DNA of 63,282 nucleotides, counting the filler, from Chiloscyllium plagiosum (taxonomy: Eukaryota): NCBI RefSeq assembly GCF_004010195.1. It is 3 parts of one record of this genome, joined end to end, with 100 filler letters (N's around TTAATTAATTAA, not from the genome) between each part and the next. Parts side by side here need not be neighbours in the genome. Positions count along the whole stretch, not along the records: positions 49,930 to 63,282 come from NC_057713.1; 2 more parts are not named here. One strand, written 5' to 3'. Position numbers and translations under genes: made by a program. This document shows, in pieces, positions 51,225-61,774 of the stretch. Position 1 is the first letter of the stretch, and the number at the start of each line of letters is the position of its first letter. Under the pieces are notes generated by a model. It had not been told where the DNA came from and did not search any database. It saw nothing but the letters and a program-made list of their open reading frames with translations.

Positions 51225-52001
51225 CAATCAAATCCTTTTCCCACAGCCACAGCGAAGGCTGCAAAATGTTTTACTCTTAATAAGGTGACTGTAGGCTTGT
51301 GCAATCCCCAGGATGGAATGCTTTTCCTTAAACATTTCTTCATCGTGGATTGCTCTCAGGTTTTTCCTACATGCAGTTTGATTGGACTTTCTGATGGACA
51401 TTTGATTATTTGCAAATTCTTTACATTCAGCAAACCTGGGAGCTTCAATGCTTACCTCTGGAATGACGTGAACTTGGGATAGACAGCTTCCCCTGCAGGA
51501 ACTGACTGCCACATTTGTCAGATGGCACTGGCCCTTGGATATGTTCCGAATTTCGGTGAAATGTTGGCACTTCGGAGAGATATCTAGCAGAAGGAAAACG
51601 TTACACAATCAGGGACATAATCTCCTGGACCAACATTCAGTCCCACTTTCTTTTGTAGTGATTGTGCTCCATGTGTCTGGCTGGGCTTCCAAACCCAGTT
51701 CTTCAGAAAGATGAAGCCTATCATTGAATTATTACAGAACAAAAGGAGGCCATTTAATATGTAATGCCCGTACCTTTCAAGTGAGCCAATCTCTCACCCT
51801 CTCATATCCCTGTACACCATTTCGATTGGGGCAATCAAAATCTTTTCCCGCAGCCATCGCGAAGGCTGCAAAATGTTTTACTCTTAATAAGGCGACTGTA
51901 GGCTTGTGCAATCCCCAGGATGGAATGTTTTTCCTTAAACATTTCTTCATCGTGCGATTGCTCTGAGGTTTTTCCTACACTCAGTCTGATTGGTCTGTCT
52001 G
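51225..52001 (+). repeat. ~170 bp direct repeat pair (51225-51393 and 51832-52001) flanking the SSPO cystine-knot exon
   Basis: High-identity alignment with long exact runs such as gcgaaggctgcaaaatgttttactcttaataagg. Confidence 0.92.
51456..51583 (-). CDS. SSPO: SCO-spondin exon, first half of the C-terminal cystine knot: (D)ISPKCQHFTEIRNISKGQCHLTNVAVSSCRGSCLSQVHVIPE
   Basis: 128 nt, phase 1/0. Acceptor gttttccttctgctag, donor GAG|gtaagc. Contains the CxGxC knot motif and an EIRNISKGxC...PE pattern resembling vertebrate SSPO C-termini. Confidence 0.9.
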
Positions 52002-52084
52002 GGCCAATCCCTCACTTTCTCATATCCCTGCACACCATTTCAATCTGAATAATGATTCATTGCCTCCTTGAATATGCCTCAATT

Positions 52085-52435
52085 GAACCTGCCTCCATAC
52101 AGTATTAAAGACTTTTCCCACCCCTGTAATGATCTCTTCCAACCTCTTCTGTGGAGCAGGAGACACAGAAGCTTGAACACATGCACCAGGAGGTTCAGAA
52201 ACAGCTTCTTCCTGGCCATTACTAGATTGCTGAATGGACTCTCTAAACTTTAATGCTGATCTTGCTAATATTGATCTCACCTGGTGCACGCCTTGTGCAA
52301 TGTAACCTGTATGCTTCTGTCTAAGTGTTTTACAATCTCTGATCTGTACATCCCCATTTATTATGATCTGCCTGTTCTGCTCATAAACAAAGCTTTGCAA
52401 TGTGTTTCAGTACGTGACAATAAATCAATCAAAAT
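52085..52435 (+). mobile_element. Rex1/Babar 3' end
   Basis: IKDFSHPCNDLFQPLLWSRRHRSLNTCTRRFRNSFF and gtgacaataaatcaatcaaa tail. Confidence 0.85.
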
Positions 52436-53360
52436 ATTCCAGACCCAAATGACTCGCTGTCTGAAAAAGTTTTTTCTTGTGTTACCCTTTTTCATTTCAC
52501 TTTAAATCAACACTGTCTTGATCTATTTGCCTTTTACAAGCAAGAACAGCTTTTCCCTAATGACTCTGTCTACCTTCTGTTCATGATTTTAAAACCTCAA
52601 TCAGATCTTTTCTCCGAGGAGAACAGTCCCAACTTCTTCAATCTGTCATCATCACTGAAGTTTCTCATTCCCGGAACCATTCTTGTTGAATGTGTAGGAG
52701 GAGGAATGAGCAATGAAGTTATTACCTTATGCTTGCAGTTCTGATATTCAGATGTAACCGTGTGTATCTCGTCTACATTGCCACCACACCTGCCCACAGA
52801 AAACATTTTGACTCTAGGGACGGATGCACATTAAAGTGCCCAAGGGTAAAGTCACCAACACTGGTTCATTGGAGAGTTTAGGATATGCCCAATGATCAAT
52901 TAACTTTGTACCGTGCTGCTGACAATAACATCAGTAGGAATGAGAAGAACAGGCATCGAAAATTGACTTGTCCAACTTTAAGCCCAGGACCAGAATATGG
53001 ACTAGAGCTGGTAATGGACTGTTAACTTGTAAATAAAAAAGGCATTTGGTACACCTGCCTTTTTGGTCAGTGCATTGAGAGTAGGAGTTGGGAGGTCATG
53101 TTGTGGCTGTACAGGACATTGGACTTTTGGAATGCTGCAAGCAACTGTGTTCTCCCCACTATAGAAAGGATGTTGTGAAATGTGAAAGGGTTCAGAAAAG
53201 GCTTACAAGGATGTTGCCAGGGTTGGAGGCTTTGAGTTGTAGAGAGAGGCTGAATAGGTTAGGGCTGTTTTCCCTGGATTGTCAGAGGCAGAGTGGTGAC
53301 CTTTTGGATGTATATAATTTCATGAGGGGCATGGATAGGAGAAATAGACAAGGTCTTTTG

Positions 53361-54443
53361 AGAATTTTGAGAAGATTTGTAGCTCAGGTTGAGGTTCTGG
53401 ATGTAAGTTTGCTCACTGAGCTGGAAGATTTGTTTTAAGACGTTTCGTAACCATACTAGATAACATCATCAGCGAGTCCCTGGTGAAGCGCAAGTGTTAT
53501 GTCCTGCTTTCTATTGAGGTAATTAGGTTTCCTTGTGATTGTGATTTCATTTTCTGTGTTGGTGATGTCATTTCCTGATCTTTTTCTCAGAGGGTGGTAG
53601 ATGGGGTCCAAATTGATGTGTTTGTTGATAGAGTTCACATTGGAATGCCATGCTTCTAGGAATTCTCGTGCGTGTCTCTGTTTAGCTTGTCCTAGGATGG
53701 ATGTGTTGTCCAAGTCAAAGTGATGTCCTTCCTCTTAGGAGAAAGTGAGGACTGCAGATGCTGGAGATCAGAGCTGAAAAATGTGTTGCTGGAAAAGCGC
53801 AGCAGGTCAGGCAGCATCCAAGGAGCTGAAGAAGGGCTTATGCCCGAAACGTCGATTCTCCTGCACCTTGGATACTGCCTGACCTGCTGCACTTTTCCAG
53901 CAACACATTTTTCAGCTCGGATGTCCTTCCTCACCAATTAACTGAAACAGCAGCTAATAAACTTAAAAGACCCTATATAGACAATAAGCAAAACGAATGT
54001 CAGTTACAAAATACCCTGCAAGAATTGTAATAAACACTGCATTGAACAAACAGGCAGAAAACTAGCCACTAGAATACACAAACATCAACTAGCCACACAA
54101 TGTATGAGTCACTATCACTAGTATCCTTACATACAGATGAGGAAGGACACCACTTTGACTGGGACAACATGTCCATCCTAGGACAAGCTAAACAGAGACA
54201 TGCATGAGAATTGCTAGAAGCATGACATTCCAACCAGAACTCTATCAACAAACACATTGATTTGGACTCCATGAGAAAAAGAACAGGAAGTGACATCACC
54301 AACCCAAGGAAACTTAAACACATAAATAGAAAGTGGGACATAACATCAGCGCTGTACTGGAGGCTCACTGACGGTGTTATCTTAAAATGGTGATGAAACG
54401 TCTGAAAACAAACCTTCCAGCTCAGTGAACAAACTTACTTCCT
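53361..54443. mobile_element. Penelope-like element (family C), inverted pair of GIY-YIG/pLTR segments
   Basis: Plus arm NVSYKIPCKNCNKHCIEQTGRKLATRIHKH; minus arm ILGQAKQRHAREFLEAWHS. Hammerhead motifs at 53437-53475 (-) and 54365-54405 (+). Confidence 0.88.
53738..53919. mobile_element. Palindromic family B element with 13 bp TSD, nested in the family C Penelope
   Basis: gatgtccttcctc at 53722-53734 and 53920-53932; CTGAAGAagggcttatgcccGAAAcgtc at 53826-53853. Confidence 0.88.
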
Positions 54444-54959
54444 CAAGGTCTTTTGCCAGGATGGGGAAATCCAAAATTAGAGGGCATAAGTTTAAAGTAA
54501 GAGGGCAAAGATTTATGCTGAGAGTGGTGTGTGTATGGAGTGAGCTGCCGGAGAAAGTGGTGGAGGCTTGTACAATTAAAATATTTAAAAGACATCTGAA
54601 TGGGTATATGAATAGGAAGAGTTTAGAGAGATATGGGTCAAATACTGGCAACGGGTACTAGATTTATTTAGGATATCTGGTCAGCATGGACGAGTTGGGC
54701 TGAAGGTCTGTTTTGAATGACTCTATGACTTATAGATGGTGAACAGACATGGGGAGTCAGGAGGTGAGTTATTTCCCACAGTATTCCTAGACTCTGACCT
54801 GTTAGGAATCTGCCAGATATGGTTTCACTAATGCCCTATATAACCCCAGCGTAAGTTCCTGCTTTTGTATTCACATAATTCTGCAAGAACATATTATATG
54901 ATACCTTATCAAATGTCTTCGCGAGATCAAGGTAAGTAAATTACCCAGTTATCTATAAT

Positions 54960-55043
<84 letters not shown>

Positions 55044-55071
55044 TAGAAAGAAAGAAAGAAAGAAAGAAGAA
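54960..55071. repeat. Compound microsatellite (GATA)n(GACA)n(GAAA)n
   Basis: Read directly; abuts the 3' tail of a minus-strand CR1. Confidence 0.95.
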
Positions 55072-55525
55072 TACAGCACAGATCAGGCCCTTCGGCCCTC
55101 GATGTTGTGCCAACCTGTGAACTAATCTAAGCCCGATCCCCTATACGATCCCATCATCATCCATATGCTTATCCAAGGAATATTTAAGTGCGCCTAATGT
55201 GGCTGAGTTAACTACATTGGCAGGCAGGGAATTCCACGTCCTTACCACTCTCTGAGTAAAGAACCTGCATCTGACATCTATCTTAAATCTATCACCCCTC
55301 AATTTGTAACTATACCCCCTCGTACAAGCTGACGTCATCATCCTAGGAAAAAGTCTTTCACTGTCTACCCGAACTAATCCTCTGATCATCTTATATGTCT
55401 CTGTCAAACACCCCCCCTTAGCCTTCCTCTTTCCAATGAGAACAGACCCAAGTCCCTCAGCCTTTCCTTGTAAGACCTTCCCTCCAGACCAGGCAACATC
55501 CTGGTAAATCTCCTCTGCACCTTTT
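55072..55525 (-). mobile_element. CR1 3' end (same subfamily as the full-length copy at 57.3-61.3 kb)
   Basis: ETYKMIRGLVRVDSE..FTQRVVRTWNSLPANVVNSAT nearly matches 60960-61230. Confidence 0.92.
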
Positions 55526-55719
55526 CTTTTCAGAAAATCATGTTGACTTGGCATTGATCAATTTCAGCTTCTCTAAGCACAGTAAGAAACTCTTTCAGAA
55601 ATATCCTGGAGCTGAGATAATTTATCTCCGACAGCAACCATTTTCCTATGGATATCACTTGAGCAGTTTTGGGCTCTTTATCTATAGAAAGCTATATTGG
55701 CAATGGAGGCAGTCCAGAG

Positions 55720-55995
55720 GTTCACTAAACCGTATCCAGGTATGCAGCCATTGTCTTATGAGGAGACGTTGAGTAGATTGGGCCTGAGTTTCAAAGAGTG
55801 AGAGGCAATCTTATTGAAACACACAAGATTCTTAGGGAGATGTGGAAAGGTTGTTTCTCCTTCTGAGAGTGTCTAGGACCAGAGGGATTATAAACTCAGA
55901 CAGATTTAAGACAGGGACGAGGAGGAATTTCCTCTCCTGAGGGGTGGGAGTGAATCTGGAATTCTTTACCAGGGAGGTTTTGAGGGGCTGGATCA
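55720..55995 (+). mobile_element. CR1 3' fragment
   Basis: RGNLIETHKILR..VNLEFF-like remnant. Confidence 0.65.
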
Positions 55996-55999
55996 TGAA

Positions 56000-56290
56000 T
56001 CTTAGAATCGCCACACTGTGGAAGAAGGCCATTCAGCCTATTAAGTTCATGCAGACCCCCTGAAGAATATCCACTCTATCCCTGTAACTCTGCATTTCCC
56101 ATAGCTAATCCACCAAGCCTGGACATCCCTGGACACTATGGGCAATTTAGCATGGCCAAACCACCTAACCTGCACGTCGTTGGACAGTGGAGGAAACCCA
56201 CGCAAACATAGGGAGAATGTACAAACTCCATATAGACAGTCGTTCGAACCCTGGTGCTGTGAGGCAACAGTGCTAACTACTGGGCCACCT
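56000..56290 (-). mobile_element. tRNA-derived SINE (HE1-like), internally deleted
   Basis: gggcaatttagcatggcca..tgctgtgaggcaacagtgctaac. Confidence 0.85.
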
Positions 56291-56451
56291 AGCTTGATGA
56301 TAATTGTAGAGTGGGGAATATGCTGGGTCGTGAGGTTACAGATTGATATTCAATATAATTCAACAGCTGATGGCCAATAACATGTCATGAACACTTAGTT
56401 TGAGTTGCTATAATGTTCAAAGTCTCATTAAACACATTGGTATGCCAAACA

Positions 56452-56633
56452 AAGGATAAATTAGTTCAGTTGGCTGGAGAGGTGATTTGTATGTAGACTG
56501 ATGCCAACAGTGTGAGTTCAATTCACGCTGGCTGAGGTTACCATGAAGGACTCTCCTCTCAACCACCCCCCTCACCTGAGGCATGGTAACCTCAGGTTAA
56601 ACCACCACCAGTTGTTTCTGCCTCTCTAATGAG
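56452..56633 (+). mobile_element. Second tRNA-derived SINE family
   Basis: A-box-like ttagttcagttgg, B-box-like gagttcaattc, then a body (gctgaggttaccatgaagg..cctcaggttaaaccaccacc) unrelated to the HE1 core. Confidence 0.6.
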
Positions 56634-56947
56634 TGACTTTACCTCATGCTACACAGCACAATGGAGGTATCTTCAATATGAAGATGGGTCTTTTCATTAT
56701 GAGGGAGGAATCTCTGAATGAAAACATTTCTCCTCATTTGAGTCCTAAATGCTCATCTAACCCTGAGACTGTCTCATGTTCAGACCCTCTCATTGTCCAC
56801 CTCCAGAACCATGCAAGAGGGGGAGAGAAGGGAAAAGGGTGAGATTGGGGAAGCACACAGACTGTGTGAAAGACACAAGCTGAGAAATTGACAGCGAGAG
56901 AGACAGGAAGAGAATCACGCAGTCTGACCTGTGCTATCTTCACTTAC

Positions 56948-57008
56948 CAGGAACTTCCTTCCTGCAGACTGGACAGCATTTTCCAAGTTCCTCAACTTTT
57001 ACATAACC
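56948..57008 (-). CDS. SSPO: SCO-spondin internal exon: GYVKVEELGKCCPVCRKEVP(D)
   Basis: 61 nt, phase 0/1. Acceptor ttgcatgaattgcag, donor CCTG|gtaagt. CCPVC closes the VWC domain. The last G joins AT of the next exon to give Asp. Confidence 0.9.
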
Positions 57009-57319
57009 CTGCAATTCATGCAAAAATTAATTCTATAGTTGTAACACACAAAGTAAAACAAACAGCTTTTAAAACATACTATAAAAATATGCATAGGTTC
57101 ATCAGTGGCTGAACATTCAGCCCATCATTTCAATGGTGGTTCTTTTCTGGAACAATCCTAAAATATTGGCTCTTTCCTACAATCTTCCAATTGTGTTATC
57201 CAGTTTCAAGTTGTCCCATGGACAGACGATAATAGAGCAGGCAGATTCTAGCCTCCTAGTTTCTATGTTGCTAAGCTTATGCTTATGTCCTGTTAAACCC
57301 CTAAACATTCTATCTGTTT

Positions 57320-60300
57320 TTCAGCGGCAGCAGCAACTCAAAGGGCGGGAGCTTGAACCAGGGGCCTGGCGGGAGCGGTGAGTCACTGATTTGAGCTTTT
57401 ATATTTGAAGTCAGAGAGCAGAGGTTTCTGGGAAAGGGCGGACTTTGTCCTTTTATTTCCATCCAGCTATATAAGTCAGTGTTTTTTCGACCCCAGATCG
57501 TACCTTTGTAGGGCCTCCCACCCAATCACCTCCTCTAACCTTAAAGACCAGGGACATATCAGGTAAGCGTCTCTTCTTTTTACTTTGTGACGAGGGGACT
57601 AGCAGGGATGGCAGTGCAGGGAGAGCAATGTTCCTCCTGCAGGATGTTTGAGGTGAGGGACGCCATTAGTGTCCCATCCAAAGACATCTGCAGGAATTGC
57701 ACCCAACTCTCGCTCCTCCAAGACCGTGTTAGGGAACTGGAGTGGGAGCTGGATGACCTTCGGATCATTCAGGAGGCAGAGGCTGTGATAGATAAGAGTT
57801 AAAGGGAAGTAGTTACTCCTAGGCATGAAGAAAGCTGGGTGACTGTTCGAAGGGGGAAAAAACAGTCAGTGTAGGGATCCCCTGTGGTCGTTCCCCTGAA
57901 AAACATGAATACCGTTTTGGATACTGTTGAGGGGGACGATTTACCATGGGTATGCAGTGGGGCCCAGGACTCTGGCACAGAGCCTGTCCCTGTTGCACAT
58001 TAGGGAAAGAGGGAAAGGAGGAGAGTGTTAGTCATTGGGGACTCAGTAGTTAGAGGCTCAGATAGAAGGCTTGTTGGGAATGAACGAGACGCGCGGTTGG
58101 TGTGTTACCTCCCAGGTGCCTCGGATCATGTCTTTGGGGTCCTGAAGGGAGAGGGTGACCAGCCTCAAGTCGTGGTCCACGCAGGTATCAACGACACAGG
58201 TAGAAAGAGAGATAGGGATGTAAGGCAGGATTTCAGAGAGCTAGGGTGGAAGCTGAGAGCTCGAACAAACAGAGTTGTTATCTCTGGATTGTTACCTGTG
58301 CTACATCATGGCGATTCAAGGAATAGGGGGAGATATCAGCTGAACACGTGGCTGCAGGAATGGTGCAGGAGGGAGGGTTTCAGGTACTTGGATAATTGGG
58401 GTTCATTCTGGGGAAGATGGGACCTGTACAAACAGGATGGTCTTCATTGAACCAGAGGGGTACTAATATCCTGGGTGGGAAATTTGCTGGTGCTATTCGG
58501 GTGGGTTTAAACTAGTTCAGCAGGGGGATGGGAACCGGAGGTGTAGTTGCAGTGCACAGGAGGATGAGAGTAGGGAGGACAGGGACAGGATTTCAGGGTC
58601 GCAGGAATGTGCTGGCAGACAGCAGGTTGGTTTGAAGTTTGTCTATTTCAAAGCCAGAAGTATCCAAAATAAGGTAGGTGAGTTTGCAGCATGGATAGGC
58701 ACTTGGGACTTCGACATTGTAGCCATTTCGGAGACATGGATAGAGCAGGGTCAGGAATAGATGTTGCAGGTTCCAGGGTTTAGATCTTTCATTAAAAACA
58801 GGCAAGGTGGTTAAAGAGGGAGAGGTGTGGCCTTGTTAGTCAAGGATACTGTAACAGTGGCTGAGAGAACGCTTGACGAGGACTCGTCTACTGCGGTAGT
58901 ATGGGCTGATGTTAGAAACAGGAGAGGAGAGGTCACACTGCTTGGAGTTTTTTTAATCAGCCTCCACAGAGTTCCAGGGAGGTGGAAGAGAGAATTGACA
59001 AAATTATTCTGGGTAAGAGTGAAAGGAACAGATTGATCATTATGGGGGGGCTTTAACTTGCCCAACATTCACTGGAAATGCTATAACTCTAGTACGTCGA
59101 ATGGATCAGTTTTTGTCCAATGTTCACAGGAGTGTTTCCTGACACAGTATGTCGAAGAGCCAACAAGAGGGGAGGCCACACTGGATCTGGTGCTTGGTAA
59201 TGAACCAGGCCAGGTTTGATTTATTTGTAGGTGAGCACTTGGGAGAGAGTGACCATAATTCAGTTACGTTTAGTTTAACAATGGAAAGGAATAGGTACAT
59301 GCCACAGGTCAAGAGTTATCGATGGGGCAAGGGCAATTATAATGTGATTAGGCAAGAATTAGGATGCACAGAATGGGGTAGCAAAATGTGGGGGATGCAG
59401 ACAATGGAAATGTGGAGCTGGTTTAAGGAACAGATGTTGTGTGTCCTTGATAGGTATGTCCCTGTCAGGCAGGGAGGAAGTAATAAGGTACGGGAACCGT
59501 GGTTTACTACAGAAATTGCATCTCTTGTTAAGCAGAAGAAGGAGGCTTATGTGTTGATGAGGCAAAATGGTTCAGATGAGGTGATGGAGAGTTACAGATC
59601 AGGCAGGAAGGATTTAAAGAGAGAGTTAAGAAGAGCAAAGAGAAGACACGAGCAGTCTTTAGCAAATAGAATAAAGGAGAACCCTAAAGCTTTCTATNNN
59701 NNNNNNNNNNNNNNNNNNNNNNNNNNNNNNNNNNNNNNNNNNNNNNNNNNNNNNNNNNNNNNNNNNNNNNNNNNNNNNNNNNNNNNNNNNNNNNNNNNNN
59801 NNNNNNNNNNNNNNNNNNNNNNNNNNNNNNNNNNNNNNNNNNNNNNNNNNNNNNNNNNNNNNNNNNNNNNNNNNNNNNNNNNNNNNNNNNNNNNNNNNNN
59901 NNNNNNNNNNNNNNNNNNNNNNNNNNNNNNNNNNNNNNNNNNNNNNNNNNNNNNNNNNNNNNNNNNNNNNNNNNNNNNNNNNNNNNNNNNNNNNNNNNNN
60001 NNNNNNNNNNNNNNNNNNNNNNNNNNNNNNNNNNNNNNNNNNNNNNNNNNNNNNNNNNNNNNNNNNNNNNNNNNNNNNNNNNNNNNNNNNNNNNNNNNNN
60101 NNNNNNNNNNNNNNNNNNNNNNNNNNNNNNNNNNNNNNNNNNNNNNNNNNNNNNNNNNNNNNNNNNNNNNNNNNNNNNNNNNNNNNNNNNNNNNNNNNNN
60201 NNNNNNNNNNNNNNNNNNNNNNNNNNNNNNNNNNNNNNNNNNNNNNNNNNNNNNNNNNNNNNNNNNNNNNNNNNNNNNNNNNNNNNNNNNNNNNNNNNNN

Positions 60301-61317
60301 NNNNNNNNNNNNNNNNNNNNNNNNNNNNNNNNNNNNNNNNNNNNNNNNNNNNNNNNNNNNNNNNNNNNNNNNNNNNNNNNNNNNNNNNNNNNNNNNNNNN
60401 NNNNNNNNNNNNNNNNNNNNNNNNNNNNNNNNNNNNNNNNNNNNNNNNNNNNNNNNNNNNNNNNNNNNNNNNNNNNNNNNNNNNNNNNNNNNNNNNNNNN
60501 GACTTGGATAAACTGCAGAATTGGGCTGAGAGGTGGCAGATGGAGTTCAATGCAGCTAAATGTGAGGTGATGCACTTTGGGAAGAATAACAGGAAGGCAG
60601 AGTGCTGGGTCAATGGAAAGATTCTTGGTAGTGTGGATGTGCAGAGGGATCTTGGAGTCCATGTACATAGATGCTTGAAAGTTGGATAGTGCTGTTAAGA
60701 AGGCATACGGTGTGTTAGGTTTCACTCGTAGAGGGACTGAGTTCCGGAGCCACAATATTATGCTGCAACTATACAAAACGCTAGTGCGGCCACACTTGGA
60801 ATATTGTGTACAGTTCTGGTCACCATATTTCGGGAAGGATGTGGAAGCATTGGAAAAGGTGCAGAGGAGATTTACCAGGATGTTGCCTGGTCTGGAGGGA
60901 AGGTCTTATGAGGAAAGGCTGAGAGATTTGGGTCTGTTCTCATTGGAAAGCAGAAGGGGGGATTTGATAGAGACATACAAGATGATCAGAGGATTAGTTC
61001 GGGTAGACAGTGAAAGTCTTTTTCCTAGGATGATGATGTCAGCTTGTATGAGAGGTGTAACTACAAATTGAGAGGTGATAGATTTAAGACAGATGTCAGA
61101 GGCAGGTTCTTTACTCAGAGTGTGGTAAGGGCGTGGAATGCCCTACCTGCTAATGTAGCCAACTCAGCCACAACAGGGAGATTTAAACAATCCTTAGATA
61201 AGCACATGGATGATTTGGGGATAGTGTAGAGGGACGAGCTGAGAATAGTTTATAGGTTGGCGCAACATCAAGGGCCTGTTCTGCGCTGTATTGCTCTATG
61301 TTCTATGTCCTATGTTA
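57320..61317 (+). mobile_element. Full-length but disrupted CR1 LINE (5' UTR, ORF1, ORF2, 3' tail), antisense within an SSPO intron
   Basis: ORF1: CSSC..CRNC zinc finger, leucine zipper LQDRVRELEWELDDL, SGNH esterase blocks (VIGDSVVRG, HAGIND, DGLH). ORF2: endonuclease (AISETW, SDHN), RT C-terminus (LVRPHLEYCVQFWSP) and (CTATGT)-like tail. Several stops and frameshifts. Confidence 0.95.
59698..60500. other. Sized assembly gap (803 N)
   Basis: N run over the CR1 RT core. Confidence 1.
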
Positions 61318-61774
61318 TGGTCAAGTTGCCTCTCGTTTGAAACTCCATTGGACATGTGTACAGCCTGTCCAATGATTCCTCATAAGACAACACATGAACT
61401 GCTGTCAACACGTTTACATGGTTTCTTTTTATTCATTCATAAGTCCCACAAGTGAATAAAAGTAAACTGACTATGGCTGGGCGTAACATTTATTGCCCGT
61501 CCCGAGTTGCCCCTTGTGAAAGTGGGAATGAGCTACCTTCTTGAACCCCTATAGTCCATGTGCTGTCGGTTGACTCACAATGCCCTTACAGAGGGAATTC
61601 CAAACTTTTGACTCAGTGATTCTGAAGGAATTGTGAGACCTTTCCAAAAATGAAGAATGGCTTGAGGTTGAAAATGCCTTCCTAACGCCACTATGAATCT
61701 GTCCTGCCAATTTCAGGGATCTGTGGGCAAGCACCCCACAAGCTCTGAACTTCCTGATGTCCTGCCAGTCATTT

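Larger units (their letters stand above)
53050..54730 (+). mobile_element. CR1 3' region split by nested Penelope insertions (53361-54443)
   Basis: ERVQKRLTRMLPGL..RGMDR before the insertion and KIRGHKFKVRG..VWSELP after it; caaggtcttttg duplicated at 53349-53360 and 54444-54455. Confidence 0.9.

Noticed and set aside
52735..52798. Minus-strand exon-like segment (CGGNVDEIHTVTSEYQNCKHK) between two SSPO exons
   Set aside because: The flanking SSPO exons already join in phase, a 64 nt insertion would shift the frame, and the peptide is not SSPO-like.
59684..60776. Long ORFs of 309-473 aa here and near 35761-36658
   Set aside because: Their length comes from N runs translated as X.
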